The translations under genes were made by a program, and so were the position numbers. From Patescibacteria group bacterium (GTDB lineage Bacteria; Patescibacteriota; Minisyncoccia; Phycocordibacterales; UBA918), in assembly GCA_019750255.1 (NCBI GenBank), contig JAIEOU010000003.1, forward strand, positions 19,350-83,349: a DNA stretch of 64,000 bases, given 5' to 3'. Of this stretch, positions 9,233 through 19,483 are shown one piece after another. Under the pieces are notes generated by a model that saw nothing but the letters and a program-made list of their open reading frames with translations, was not told the DNA's origin and ran no database searches. Each line of letters starts with the position of its first letter. Position 1 is the stretch's first letter.

Positions 9233-10096
9233 ATGCCGTTAATTCCTCGACCTGCCTACCGCCTCACAAAAGAGATAACCATTGTCGGCCATGATTTATT
9301 TGGTCGTCGAGCCAGTGTCGAATTAATTCCACATGAACTTTCCGGTATATATGTGGATGTTGGTAAAGACGAGCCGGTTCTCGTTACCCCCGAGAATCTC
9401 ACCAGCAGTCGGTGCTCACTACACTTCACCTGTGATGGGTTCAAGATTCGAAACATCGGACCACTGCTCGCACTGCGCTGGTGGGTTGACGGCTTCACCA
9501 TCAGGACCGCAACCGGGTGGCTGCCATTCGATGGTACCGCCCAGGTGTTTCTCGGGGCAGTACACCAGAGTGCCGCAGTAGCCGAAGAAGGCACTCTGCT
9601 GCCATTCGGTCTGCCACAGCCCTGGTGCCTCGGCGAAGCCACGGTGCACGCATGGATATTCATTTCAGAATCGGCTGAGTCTGATACCGACCTCAAGCTT
9701 ACTGTCGGTTACGACCGACTTAGGCACGCACACGGGGCAATGGCCATAAGCCATGAAAGGAAATTTTCCCGCGATGACTTTCCCGACATCGCGTGCGCAC
9801 GAGGCTTTGGCTACCCCCAGTCTCTGCGTCCACTGAGTGCCCTGGCTGCACGCAGTGGCCTCTGGCGACATCACCACCACTTCCTCTGGACAGACGCGCA
9901 AAGAGACGCCACCACCTGGGAGCTCGTAGTGGACGAGGCTCTTCGGCACCGTGAGCTTAACCTCCTCGCATGCCTGGCCAGCGCACTACCGCCGGGATAC
10001 TTTCCCATCGGAACGGTCACGTCCCTCAACGGCAGTCTCGCCAAGGAACTCAATATGGCAGCTCTACTGCACCGGATGGGACGAGCCCGAACTTGA
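9233..10096 (+). CDS. LpxC-like fold protein, catalytic residues apparently lost
   Basis: Colinear with LpxC: G.DL.G..ASV, PFDGTA (PIMDGSA), IACARGFG (ISRARTFG), DEALRHRELN (DEFVRHKMLD); AAGGAAGG SD. Confidence 0.7.
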   Translation: MPLIPRPAYRLTKEITIVGHDLFGRRASVELIPHELSGIYVDVGKDEPVLVTPENLTSSRCSLHFTCDGFKIRNIGPLLALRWWVDGFTIRTATGWLPFDGTAQVFLGAVHQSAAVAEEGTLLPFGLPQPWCLGEATVHAWIFISESAESDTDLKLTVGYDRLRHAHGAMAISHERKFSRDDFPDIACARGFGYPQSLRPLSALAARSGLWRHHHHFLWTDAQRDATTWELVVDEALRHRELNLLACLASALPPGYFPIGTVTSLNGSLAKELNMAALLHRMGRART

Positions 10097-10200
10097 TGGA
10101 CTCCACTCTCGCGAAACAACAGTACACCGCCTGCGTTGCCCGAGTGGCACTGCAGGCGGTCGTTTGTTATGCTCGTAGTGTTATTCATATTTTATTGTCG

Positions 10201-10267
10201 GGTGGCAGGTGCGCGCGTACAGAGAGCGCACAATAGTCTGGCGCTTTTAAACGCGCGCACCTGCACC
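10201..10267 (+). promoter_or_regulatory. Long stem-loop in the pnp 5' leader
   Basis: CAGGTGCGCGCGT/ACGCGCGCACCTG plus AGAGCGC/GCGCTTT arms ending 13 nt before the ATG. Confidence 0.6.
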
Positions 10268-10280
10268 GAACAAACGTTTC

Positions 10281-12395
10281 ATGCAGAAAAAAACCTACGA
10301 GATTGAAGTGGGCGGGAAGCTACTGACAGCTGAATTCAACGACCTAGCTCCACAGGCGAGCGGCTCAGTGATGCTGCGCTACGGCGAGACCGTGGTTCTC
10401 GTGACGGCAGTGATGGGGCAGAAGAATGTACCGATGCCTTACTTTCCTCTCTCGGTAGAGTTTGAAGAAAAGTTTTATGCTGCCGGTGCAATCTTGGGTA
10501 GTCGCTTTGTTCGTCGTGAAGGGAAGCCGAGCGACGAGGCGGTCTTGTCGGCCCGAATTGTCGACCGGACCATTAGACCATTGTTTCCCGCTCACCTCCG
10601 CAAAGAGGTACAGGTGGTGGTGATGGTGCTGGCCATTGGTGAGGAAGACCCCGATCTGCTTGGCATCATCGGTGCCTCGCTGGCGCTCGGTGTTTCGGAT
10701 ATTCCGTGGATTGGTCCGGTTGCGGCGGCCCGAGTGACCCGCGCGGTTCATAGCGACGTGCTGGAGATTAATGCAAACTACAGCAGCCGCACTGAAGGGG
10801 CGACCGATTTTGAAGTGCTGGCGTGTGGCCGCTCCGGCAGTATTAATATGATTGAAACTTCCGCACGGGAGATGGATGAAGCGACGATCATCGCCGCGCT
10901 TGAGGCCGCTGCACCGGTACATGCTGCGCTTGAGGCTTGGCAGAAAAGTATTATTGCCGAGCGTGGTGTACCAAAGCGAGCTCACGCCGAGCCGCAATTT
11001 CCCGAGTTGCTTACGGAACACTTCGCTACGGCATTTCACGACCGTCTTTACAGCACCCTATTCTCGGGCACTACCGGCAAGAGTCACCTCTACACACTGA
11101 AAGACGAATTTGTTGCCAGTTGCGCTACCTCCCTCGCCGACCTCACCCCCGCACTGTGCGCAGACTTCTTCGAACACCAGCTTGACCAACTCATCCACAA
11201 GGGGGCGGTGGAGGAAGGAAAACGTGCTGACGGTCGACCGCTCGATGCCGTGCGTGAGATTTTTGCACAAGCCGGCGGCGTTTCTCCGGTACTGCATGGA
11301 AGTGGAATTTTCTACCGCGGCGAAACGCACCTCTTTTCTGCTCTGACCCTCGGGGGACCTGATGCAGCGCAACTCGTCGACACCATGGAAGAGCGTGACG
11401 CTAAAAAACGCTTCATGCACCACTACAACTTCCCGCCTTTTTCGGTGGGAGAGGTGGGTAAGGTGGGTGGTCAAAACCGCCGCATGATTGGGCACGGCGC
11501 ACTGGCGGAGAAGGCACTTGCCCCAGTGATTCCAAAGGCAGCCGACTTTCCGTATACGATTCGACTGGTCTCGGAAACCCTCTCGAGTAACGGATCAAGT
11601 TCCATGGCTTCGGTCTGTGCCTCCACTCTCGCATTAATGGACGGCGGAGTCCCTATTACACGACCCGTTGCGGGTATCGCTTCGGGTGTCATGTTCCACA
11701 ATGGAAAGTATGCGCTCCTTACTGACATTCAAGGACCAGAAGACGAATATGGCGACATGGACTTCAAGGTTGCTGGAACCAGCAACGGTATCACCGCCAT
11801 GCAAATGGACGTAAAAATAGAGGGTGTTCCAATTGCCATCCTTGGTGAAGCGTTAGAGAAGGCCCGCCTAGCCCGGCTAGCAATTCTCGCGGCCATGACC
11901 ACGGCAATCGCTGCCCCACGACGAACCATCTCGCCCCGTGCCCCAGAGATTGTGACACTACAGATACTCCCTGAACAAATAGGTCTCGTGATTGGCGGGG
12001 GTGGTAAGACTATTAACAGTATAAAGGCTGATGCTGGTGTAGAAGAAATTACTATCGAAGAAGATGGCCAGATATTTATAACTGGACGACGTGGTACGGC
12101 CGGTATTGCCGCGGACCGCATCCGCGCCCTGACTCGTCGGTACACTGTCGGAGAGCGAGTGAGCGCCACCATAACTAAACTCGCACCGTTTGGGGCGTTT
12201 GCTAAGATTGATGCGTATAATGACGGACTCATCCATATATCGGAAATTGCCGACGTGCACGTTGACACCGTCGAGGGACTTCTCATCGTTGGCGAAACCC
12301 TCCCGGTGATTATTTCCAAGGTTGAAAATGGAAAGATTGGTCTTTCTATTAAGCAGGCAGATGCGCAGTTTTACACCACGCGCACCCAACCTTAG
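10281..12395 (+). CDS. pnp: Polyribonucleotide nucleotidyltransferase
   Basis: RREG, FMHHYNFPPFSVGE, SNGSSSMAS, GDMDFKVAG, KH and S1 domains. Confidence 0.98.
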   Translation: MQKKTYEIEVGGKLLTAEFNDLAPQASGSVMLRYGETVVLVTAVMGQKNVPMPYFPLSVEFEEKFYAAGAILGSRFVRREGKPSDEAVLSARIVDRTIRPLFPAHLRKEVQVVVMVLAIGEEDPDLLGIIGASLALGVSDIPWIGPVAAARVTRAVHSDVLEINANYSSRTEGATDFEVLACGRSGSINMIETSAREMDEATIIAALEAAAPVHAALEAWQKSIIAERGVPKRAHAEPQFPELLTEHFATAFHDRLYSTLFSGTTGKSHLYTLKDEFVASCATSLADLTPALCADFFEHQLDQLIHKGAVEEGKRADGRPLDAVREIFAQAGGVSPVLHGSGIFYRGETHLFSALTLGGPDAAQLVDTMEERDAKKRFMHHYNFPPFSVGEVGKVGGQNRRMIGHGALAEKALAPVIPKAADFPYTIRLVSETLSSNGSSSMASVCASTLALMDGGVPITRPVAGIASGVMFHNGKYALLTDIQGPEDEYGDMDFKVAGTSNGITAMQMDVKIEGVPIAILGEALEKARLARLAILAAMTTAIAAPRRTISPRAPEIVTLQILPEQIGLVIGGGGKTINSIKADAGVEEITIEEDGQIFITGRRGTAGIAADRIRALTRRYTVGERVSATITKLAPFGAFAKIDAYNDGLIHISEIADVHVDTVEGLLIVGETLPVIISKVENGKIGLSIKQADAQFYTTRTQP

Positions 12396-12454
12396 CTTCC
12401 GATTATTAACCTGCGTACGCCCCGACCGAGCCAAAGCGTGCGATACTAGAAGCA

Positions 12455-14164
12455 ATGGCCGAGTCGAAACCAACGATGCTCCCGCGAGTTCGTACCTTTG
12501 CGAGCGATCTAGAAAATGAACGCAAAAAGCGCGGCCTTGCCGCGCCCGTTGACGATGCGGCCTCGAAACCAAGCGCACCCGCTGATCCGACAAAAGTCCC
12601 CGTGCCGACCCCCCGCAAAGTCCCTACTCCTGTCGCCATCCCACCAGTTAGAACGGCAGAAGCTGGACCAAAGCCAATCAGTCATATCGTAGCGGCCGCA
12701 CCACGACCCACGAGCGTATCAGCTGCAGTACTGGCCACTCGCGCCGACGAAATGAAGAAAGAATCTGATGCGCGGCCTACTTCAGTCCCCTCGTTTCATG
12801 AGCTAATGAAACGAAGTGGGAAACCCCACGCTTCGCCCTCAGTAACTCCCGAACGCGGGGGTGTCATGGGCATTACCATAACCAATGATGAAAGTGGCGC
12901 CACCATCATCACCGACACCAAGGCTGATCGCTTTAAAGTTGCTCCCAGTATTTTTATATCAATAAAAAAATGGTGGGCAAAAAACCAGGCTGACCGCAAG
13001 GCCCGTCGGGCTCCTAAGTACGTTGTGCCCGAAACAGATCGTCGAAAGGGTATCATCCAACAAGCTACCTCACATAGCGGAAAGGCGATTACAGATGACC
13101 GCGCCCAGCTGCGTGACCAGGTTCTCCGACGCAATACACAGAAGGAACACGAGCCCGACACCACGAAGACGGGAAGCACCGAGGCCGGGTCTCGCCCGAG
13201 CGCACCACCTGATGATGGGGGAGTCGTAAACGTACAGGTAACACCAAAGCAACGTGGTGAGGAACGGCCACGACCAGTGCTGCCGCCGGTTGAGGTTCCT
13301 GCAGTTGTTCGTGCACCACTACCTCCACCCCCGCCACTGTCCATCCCTGTCGCCGTACCGCCGCCGGTTGTCGCTGCTGCCCCTTTGCGACCGACCCAAG
13401 AAGCGACGCCTATCACTGAAAAAAAAGTAACCGCAACCAGTGCCCCGGTGATTGCAATGAGGCAAGAGGCAGTAGGGCCAGAGACTCAGCTGCGGCCAAG
13501 CGCACCAACTGGTCGCCTTACCACTAACCTTCTCTCTGGCAGCGTGGTCGCTTTGATTGTATTTATTGCGGTCGGTGGCGTTGGCGTATACCGCTTCCTG
13601 AACACACCACCACCCCCGCCACCACCGGTATATGAGGGAGTGCTACTGAGCGCCCCGACGCTAAAAATTTCACTTCCGATACTCGACCGAGCCGCATTCA
13701 TGCAGTCTCTCGCAATTGCGAGCGATACCCGGTCCGTACCGGTCATTGAACTCTTCTTCATTAACGACACGGTTGTGGTACCATCTGCCGACCTCTTGTC
13801 ACTTTTCAGTCCCACCATTAATCAGAACTTGGCTCAAAATGTACGTTCAGTGGTCTTTGGTTGGTACAACAAAGACATCCCCTTTATGGTGCTTGATATC
13901 GCCGACCGCTCGAGCGTCTGGGGCGGACTCCTTAAAGAAGAAGCCAGGCTGCAAAGCACCCTAGCTCCGTTCTTCACTTTCCCAACCCCGCTTGATGGGG
14001 GGTTCATCGATCGTAAAATTAGCATCTACGACATCCGCCTCCTCGTCGACAAAACTGGCAACGAGCACCTCGCCTACAGTTTCATAAATGACAACACGGT
14101 GATTATCACTAAAAATCACGAGACGCTCTTGTTACTAGCTACCCTCGCAGGTGCCGGGAAGTAG
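12455..14164 (+). CDS. Pro-rich single-pass membrane protein, unknown function
   Basis: Long low-complexity Pro-rich N-terminus, one TM, globular C-terminal domain. Confidence 0.8.
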   Translation: MAESKPTMLPRVRTFASDLENERKKRGLAAPVDDAASKPSAPADPTKVPVPTPRKVPTPVAIPPVRTAEAGPKPISHIVAAAPRPTSVSAAVLATRADEMKKESDARPTSVPSFHELMKRSGKPHASPSVTPERGGVMGITITNDESGATIITDTKADRFKVAPSIFISIKKWWAKNQADRKARRAPKYVVPETDRRKGIIQQATSHSGKAITDDRAQLRDQVLRRNTQKEHEPDTTKTGSTEAGSRPSAPPDDGGVVNVQVTPKQRGEERPRPVLPPVEVPAVVRAPLPPPPPLSIPVAVPPPVVAAAPLRPTQEATPITEKKVTATSAPVIAMRQEAVGPETQLRPSAPTGRLTTNLLSGSVVALIVFIAVGGVGVYRFLNTPPPPPPPVYEGVLLSAPTLKISLPILDRAAFMQSLAIASDTRSVPVIELFFINDTVVVPSADLLSLFSPTINQNLAQNVRSVVFGWYNKDIPFMVLDIADRSSVWGGLLKEEARLQSTLAPFFTFPTPLDGGFIDRKISIYDIRLLVDKTGNEHLAYSFINDNTVIITKNHETLLLLATLAGAGK

Positions 14165-14181
14165 CGCTATACTGTTGGCAT

Positions 14182-14556
14182 ATGTTAGATACCACCACCT
14201 TTAAGCACGACCTCGAAACTAAACTTACATCGATCAGAAGCGCACTGTCTGGCATCGCCACGCACAACCCTGAAACCGATGACTGGGAAGCGCTTCCGGT
14301 TGGAGCAGAGTCCCCAGAACCTGATGAGAACGATGAAGCCGATGTGGTAGAAGAATGGAATGAACGCCGCGCTACCGTTTCGGTACTTGAAACTGATTAT
14401 CGTAATCTGACGCGAGCACTAGCGAAGATTGCTGATGGTTCGTACGGGCTCTGTGAGGTGTCAGGAGAACCAATCGAAGAAGCACGCTTGCATGCCAATC
14501 CTGCTGCCCGAACCTGCATCGCGCACCGTGAAGATGAAGGGAATCTGTCGCTATAA
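14182..14556 (+). CDS. TraR/DksA-family protein
   Basis: Coiled coil with DENDEAD tip; ALAKI.DGSYGLCEVSGEPI...RL.ANPAARTC; only 2 Cys. Confidence 0.88.
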   Translation: MLDTTTFKHDLETKLTSIRSALSGIATHNPETDDWEALPVGAESPEPDENDEADVVEEWNERRATVSVLETDYRNLTRALAKIADGSYGLCEVSGEPIEEARLHANPAARTCIAHREDEGNLSL

Positions 14557-14565
14557 AGAAACACT

Positions 14566-16080
14566 ATGTCGACCATCGCTCGCACACATACGATTCAACC
14601 AAGTGTGCTCGCTGGTACCGTCATAAGCGTGGAGGCGGATATTGCTCCGGGCCTCCACGCTTTTTCTGTAGTTGGTCTTGCCGGCAAGGCTACACTTGAA
14701 GCACGCGACCGAGTAAGTGCTGCCCTTAAACACAGTGGCTTTCCATCACCAAAAAGTCAGAATCAGAAAATCACCATATCCTTATCGCCAGCTGATGTTA
14801 AAAAGGATGGGCCTCTATTTGATTTACCAATAGCCATTGCCTATCTTGAAGCGGCCGGTGAACTTCCCTCACAAAGAGTACCGAGCATTCTGGTCGGCGA
14901 GCTCGGGCTCGATGGGACACTGCGCCCCGTTCGGGGTGTTCTATCGGTGGCCAAAGCGGCACTCGATGCGGGGTACCGTGATGTAATTGTTCCGATGGAA
15001 AACGCCACCGAAGCAGCACTTGTCTCTGGACTCTGTGTGCGGGGTGCGGCCACCCTTACCGACGTGGTGGCCTACCTTAAAGACAGCGTGGCGTACCCGC
15101 TCCCCTTAACTCCAGAAACTGAGATTGCTGCCAACTGGCACGAGGCGCCCGTTTCGTTTGCTGATGTCCGCGGTCAAGAAAGCGCCAAACGTGGTCTCAT
15201 CATCGCCGCCGCAGGTAGACACAACGCCATCCTCGTCGGCCCACCGGGGACAGGGAAGACTATGCTTGCGCGAGCCCTTCGCGGAATTCTCCCTCCACTC
15301 TCACGACAAGAAGCGCTTGAGGTATTAGCAATCCATTCCCTCGCCGCACCACTTTTTGAAGTCACAAGCCTCGCTCCCTTTAGAAGCCCCCACCATACCG
15401 CGTCGCATACGGCACTAGTGGGTGGGGGCACTGTTCCGCGACCCGGAGAAGTTACCCTCGCTCACAATGGCGTTCTCTTTATGGATGAGTTTCCAGAATT
15501 TGAACGGCGCGCACTTGATGCACTGCGTCAACCCCTGGAAGACCGCGTTGTGTCAATTGCGCGCGTGGGCGGGACGGCAGTATTTCCCGCTGACTTCATT
15601 TTAATCGCGGCCCTTAATCCATACCGGGGAAGTGAAGACGGCACCACCGATTTGGCGCGCGCCATGCACGATACCTATAACGGCAAAATATCCGGCCCGA
15701 TCCTCGACCGCATTGATTTATGGTTACCTGTGCTCCACGTAGATCATGCGAGTCTGACTGAAGCCAATCACGATCAGACTCAAACTACCGAGTCGCTCCG
15801 AATGGAAGTGAAAAGGGCGCGCGCCCGGCAGAGCGCACGGCTCGGAGAGCGAGGTATAACAACCAATAGCGCGATGACCGTCCGCGATATCGAAGAGACA
15901 GTCCCTTTGACCCTCGAGGTAAAAAACCTGCTCATCAACTCCGCCCAGAAGCTAAACCTCTCACCACGCAGCTTCCATCGCGTAATCAAAGTTGCCCGCA
16001 CTATCGCCGACCTTGATGATAAAGACGAAGTAGAGGTACCCCACCTCCTTGAAGCGCTGCAGTACCGCGTACGCGTGTAA
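14566..16080 (+). CDS. comM: ComM/YifB Mg-chelatase-like AAA ATPase
   Basis: FDLPIA, GPPGTGKT, PFRSPHHTAS, PGEVTLAHNGVLFMDE, LRQPLED. Confidence 0.93.
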   Translation: MSTIARTHTIQPSVLAGTVISVEADIAPGLHAFSVVGLAGKATLEARDRVSAALKHSGFPSPKSQNQKITISLSPADVKKDGPLFDLPIAIAYLEAAGELPSQRVPSILVGELGLDGTLRPVRGVLSVAKAALDAGYRDVIVPMENATEAALVSGLCVRGAATLTDVVAYLKDSVAYPLPLTPETEIAANWHEAPVSFADVRGQESAKRGLIIAAAGRHNAILVGPPGTGKTMLARALRGILPPLSRQEALEVLAIHSLAAPLFEVTSLAPFRSPHHTASHTALVGGGTVPRPGEVTLAHNGVLFMDEFPEFERRALDALRQPLEDRVVSIARVGGTAVFPADFILIAALNPYRGSEDGTTDLARAMHDTYNGKISGPILDRIDLWLPVLHVDHASLTEANHDQTQTTESLRMEVKRARARQSARLGERGITTNSAMTVRDIEETVPLTLEVKNLLINSAQKLNLSPRSFHRVIKVARTIADLDDKDEVEVPHLLEALQYRVRV

Positions 16081-16103
16081 TCTTTACTAGAAAAAATTGG
16101 AAC

Positions 16104-16140
16104 AAAAAAGCCGGGAGTCCTGAGCGGACGCCCGGCTTTT
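16104..16140. terminator. Bidirectional terminator
   Basis: AAAAGCCGGG...CCCGGCTTTT between convergent genes. Confidence 0.75.
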
Positions 16141-16151
16141 ATACCCAGTTA

Positions 16152-17180
16152 CTAGAAGGGGTTCTTCGCGCCGCGAACTTCAAAGTGCAGGTGACTACCG
16201 GTTGAACGGCCGGTGTTACCAACGTAGCCAATCACTTCACCAGCTGCTACGGCAGCACCAACTCCCACCGCATTACTGCTGTTATGAGCATACAATGTCT
16301 GGGTACCGTTACTATGGCGCACCACTATGTAATTACCATAACCACCATTCCAGCCTCCGGTCTTGGCAACAATGACTTCTCCGGCGGCGGCGGCGCGGAT
16401 TGGCGCTCCGACGGCGGCAGCGAGGTCGACCGCATTAAAGCCGTGTATACCCTGCGTACGAAGTGACCCCGGAAGAGGATGAATAAAGCCCGTAGCACCG
16501 CCGCCCGCGGCTGCGGTTTTGGTACCACTTGTGGTCGTACGCTTAGGAGCGGGGACTGTGCCGCCAGGAATAATGATGGTTATTCCGGATTGTAAATCAC
16601 TTTCTGAAAGTTGGTTATACGCAAGGATTTCTTCAGCCTCACCACCGTAGGTCTTGGCAATCGACGCAATAGTATCGCCCCTCTTAATCTTATATTGAAC
16701 ACCAGGAATCGGTAGGATAACCAGAGAGTCTCCAGGACGTATAGACTTGGCGCTCGTAAGATCGTTTGCCCACAAAATGGTATTGCTGGTAACGCCAAAC
16801 ATTTCGGCAATCATAGAAAGGGAATCGCCCTCGCGCACCGTATAAACACTAATCTCTCCGCTGGTAAGACTGAGACTTGATACATCGTCAGCGCCAATCG
16901 GACCAGATGATACGAGCGCACCTTCTCTCACGATAATTTCAGCTCCTCCGCGTGCCCCTTGCGGATTCGGGTTTCTTTGCGCGGAAAGAAGCGGGACGTC
17001 GATGGCGCTCGTAGTAGCGGCTTCTTGCGGGCGAGCCGGTAGCGTAGAGGCGCCCTCGCCGAACAGGGCAGTGAGCACACCGGCCTGTACCGTAAGCGGG
17101 AGAACGATACAGAACGCAAGTAGGGCAAACAGCACCCGACGAGGGTAATGAGCGAGTGCGTATATCATCTGACGTGCCAT
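16152..17180 (-). CDS. LysM + M23 peptidase
   Basis: Two LysM repeats (YTVREGDSL, YKIKRGDTI); HGFNAVD, YAH, STGSHLHFEV. Confidence 0.93.
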   Translation of the reverse strand: MARQMIYALAHYPRRVLFALLAFCIVLPLTVQAGVLTALFGEGASTLPARPQEAATTSAIDVPLLSAQRNPNPQGARGGAEIIVREGALVSSGPIGADDVSSLSLTSGEISVYTVREGDSLSMIAEMFGVTSNTILWANDLTSAKSIRPGDSLVILPIPGVQYKIKRGDTIASIAKTYGGEAEEILAYNQLSESDLQSGITIIIPGGTVPAPKRTTTSGTKTAAAGGGATGFIHPLPGSLRTQGIHGFNAVDLAAAVGAPIRAAAAGEVIVAKTGGWNGGYGNYIVVRHSNGTQTLYAHNSSNAVGVGAAVAAGEVIGYVGNTGRSTGSHLHFEVRGAKNPF

Positions 17181-17517
17181 GGCATTTCGTAAGCCAGCGT
17201 CGGAATCTTGTGGGCTAAGTTGAATACGAGAAGAATTATGGACTCACCGCAATACAATCACTACAGGAAATTTCGGAAAGAAAACAGAGCATGGAAGCTC
17301 TCTTTGGATACCTTCTATCGGTACGGGGGTAATTTTACCGCATGCACCCGAGGTGGCAATTGACGAGGCCCGACTTTTCCACTGTGTCAAAATGCACCTC
17401 ATTTAACCCTTAGCCTTAAGGCTGCATTATCTCTTGACTTGTACGTAATTACATTGCACTTTGATTATTCGTTACAGTTCTCTTGCGATTGCATCAATAT
17501 GCTATAGTGACGCGACC

Positions 17518-19476
17518 ATGAATGACGCCCCCTACTTAGCTGGCCTCAACAGCGCCCAAAGAGACGCGGTTTTAGCAACGGCCGGGCCGGTTTTGGTTCT
17601 GGCAGGGGCCGGATCGGGAAAAACCCGGGTGATTACTCACCGAATTGTCCATCTCGTACACCAAGGAACGGCGCCTCATAATATTCTTGCGGTAACTTTT
17701 ACTAATAAGGCCGCCGGGGAAATGCGCGAGCGTGTTGGTGCACTCCTCCAGAAGTTTCCACCAAGCGAGCGTGCGGTCATTGACTCACTGCCCGTCGTTA
17801 CCACCTTCCACGCGTTTGGTGTGAGGATGTTGCGCGAGTTTCATGAGGTGATGGGTTTGCGTAAGCACTTCACCATTCTCGACCGCAGCGACAGCCTGCG
17901 CGCCATAAAGCAGGGCCTCACGGAAGCCCAATACGACCCAAAAGAATTCGAACCACGAAAGGTGCTCGGAATGATTTCAAGGGCAAAAGGCGACGGCATG
18001 ACCCCGCTGTCATACCGCGATGCCGCAAGCTCCTACCCAGAGGAAGTGGCAGCGACGGTGTGGGGGAAGTACGAAGCGATTCTCGCCAAAGAACAATCAC
18101 TCGACTTCGATGATTTACTCCAGAAAACCTACCGCCTCCTTTCTGAACATCCGACCGTCCGCACGGTGCTGCAACAGCGCTTTGCCTACATCCATGTGGA
18201 CGAATACCAAGACACTAACCGGTTACAGTTTGATATCGTAAAGTTACTTGCTGGGGACGATCATAATATATGTGTCGTGGGAGATATCGACCAAAATATT
18301 TACTCTTGGCGTGGCGCGGATATAAAAAATGTCCTTCAATTTGAACGGAGTTTTCCTGGTGCGCGCACGATTGTGCTCGCTGAGAACTACCGCTCGACAG
18401 GCACCATCATCAGTGCCAGCAATGAAATCATAGCCAAAAACAAGAACCGAATTGAAAAGGAAGTGTTCACGAGTAACGGGGTGGGTGACAAAATCAGCTT
18501 ATTTGCTGCCATGAGTGGCGGTGACGAGGCAGATTACATTGCCCGGACAGCAGCTGAGTTAATCAAGACAGGCACAGCACCTTCCGAGGTCGCGGTATTG
18601 TATCGAACTAACTTTCAGTCTCGCTCACTGGAAGAAGCATTTCTGCGAAACAACATTCCTTATCAGTTACTAGGGACAAAATTCTTTGAACGCAGGGAAG
18701 TAAAAGATATTCTGTCTTATCTGCGGCTAGCACTTAACCCGGACAGCCAGAGCGACCTTGCCCGAGTGGTAAATGAGCCTGCTCGGGGGATTGGGAAAGT
18801 AACTCTACTTAAGCTCATCGAAGGCAAACGTAGTGAACTTTCTGGGAAGGTACGAGAAAAAGTTGATGAGTTTTATGCCATCATGACCAGCATCACTGAG
18901 GCCGCAAGCATCTCGACTCCGTCAGATCTCATCAAATTCATCATGAAGCGCTCGGGCTACGAAGCCATGCTGAAAGAGCAGGGGACCGAAGAAGATCTGG
19001 AGCGCCTTGAAAACCTGCGCGAGCTCGTGTCGGTCGCCACCCGGTATGACGACCTGGCGCCCGAGGACGCCGTTACAGCCCTTCTTGAACGAGCGGCACT
19101 CGAGAGCGATCAAGATGAATTAAAAAACCGAGACGAACAAGACGCGGTGCGGCTCATGACCATTCATGCCGCGAAGGGACTGGAGTTTTCACAGGTATTC
19201 ATTAGCGGACTAGAGGAAGGTCTTTTTCCCCACGAACGTCTCGATGATGCCCGTATTGACCACGAAGAAGAGCGCCGCTTGTTTTATGTAGCACTAACAA
19301 GAGCAAAGCATAAACTGCACCTTACGTACGCTCATTTGCGCACCATTTACGGTACTCAGCGGGTAAATGTACCCTCGTCGTTTCTAAACGACATCAGCTC
19401 TACCCATATTGAAATTGACCAAGGTGGCCGGTGGACCAATGGGTCGGGCTACGAGACCACTATCTATTTGGACTAG
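17518..19476 (+). CDS. pcrA: UvrD/PcrA DNA helicase
   Basis: AGAGSGKT, VDEYQDTN, ENYRS, LMTIHAAKGLEF, EERRLFYVALTRA. Confidence 0.95.
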   Translation: MNDAPYLAGLNSAQRDAVLATAGPVLVLAGAGSGKTRVITHRIVHLVHQGTAPHNILAVTFTNKAAGEMRERVGALLQKFPPSERAVIDSLPVVTTFHAFGVRMLREFHEVMGLRKHFTILDRSDSLRAIKQGLTEAQYDPKEFEPRKVLGMISRAKGDGMTPLSYRDAASSYPEEVAATVWGKYEAILAKEQSLDFDDLLQKTYRLLSEHPTVRTVLQQRFAYIHVDEYQDTNRLQFDIVKLLAGDDHNICVVGDIDQNIYSWRGADIKNVLQFERSFPGARTIVLAENYRSTGTIISASNEIIAKNKNRIEKEVFTSNGVGDKISLFAAMSGGDEADYIARTAAELIKTGTAPSEVAVLYRTNFQSRSLEEAFLRNNIPYQLLGTKFFERREVKDILSYLRLALNPDSQSDLARVVNEPARGIGKVTLLKLIEGKRSELSGKVREKVDEFYAIMTSITEAASISTPSDLIKFIMKRSGYEAMLKEQGTEEDLERLENLRELVSVATRYDDLAPEDAVTALLERAALESDQDELKNRDEQDAVRLMTIHAAKGLEFSQVFISGLEEGLFPHERLDDARIDHEEERRLFYVALTRAKHKLHLTYAHLRTIYGTQRVNVPSSFLNDISSTHIEIDQGGRWTNGSGYETTIYLD

Positions 19477-19483
19477 TATTAAT

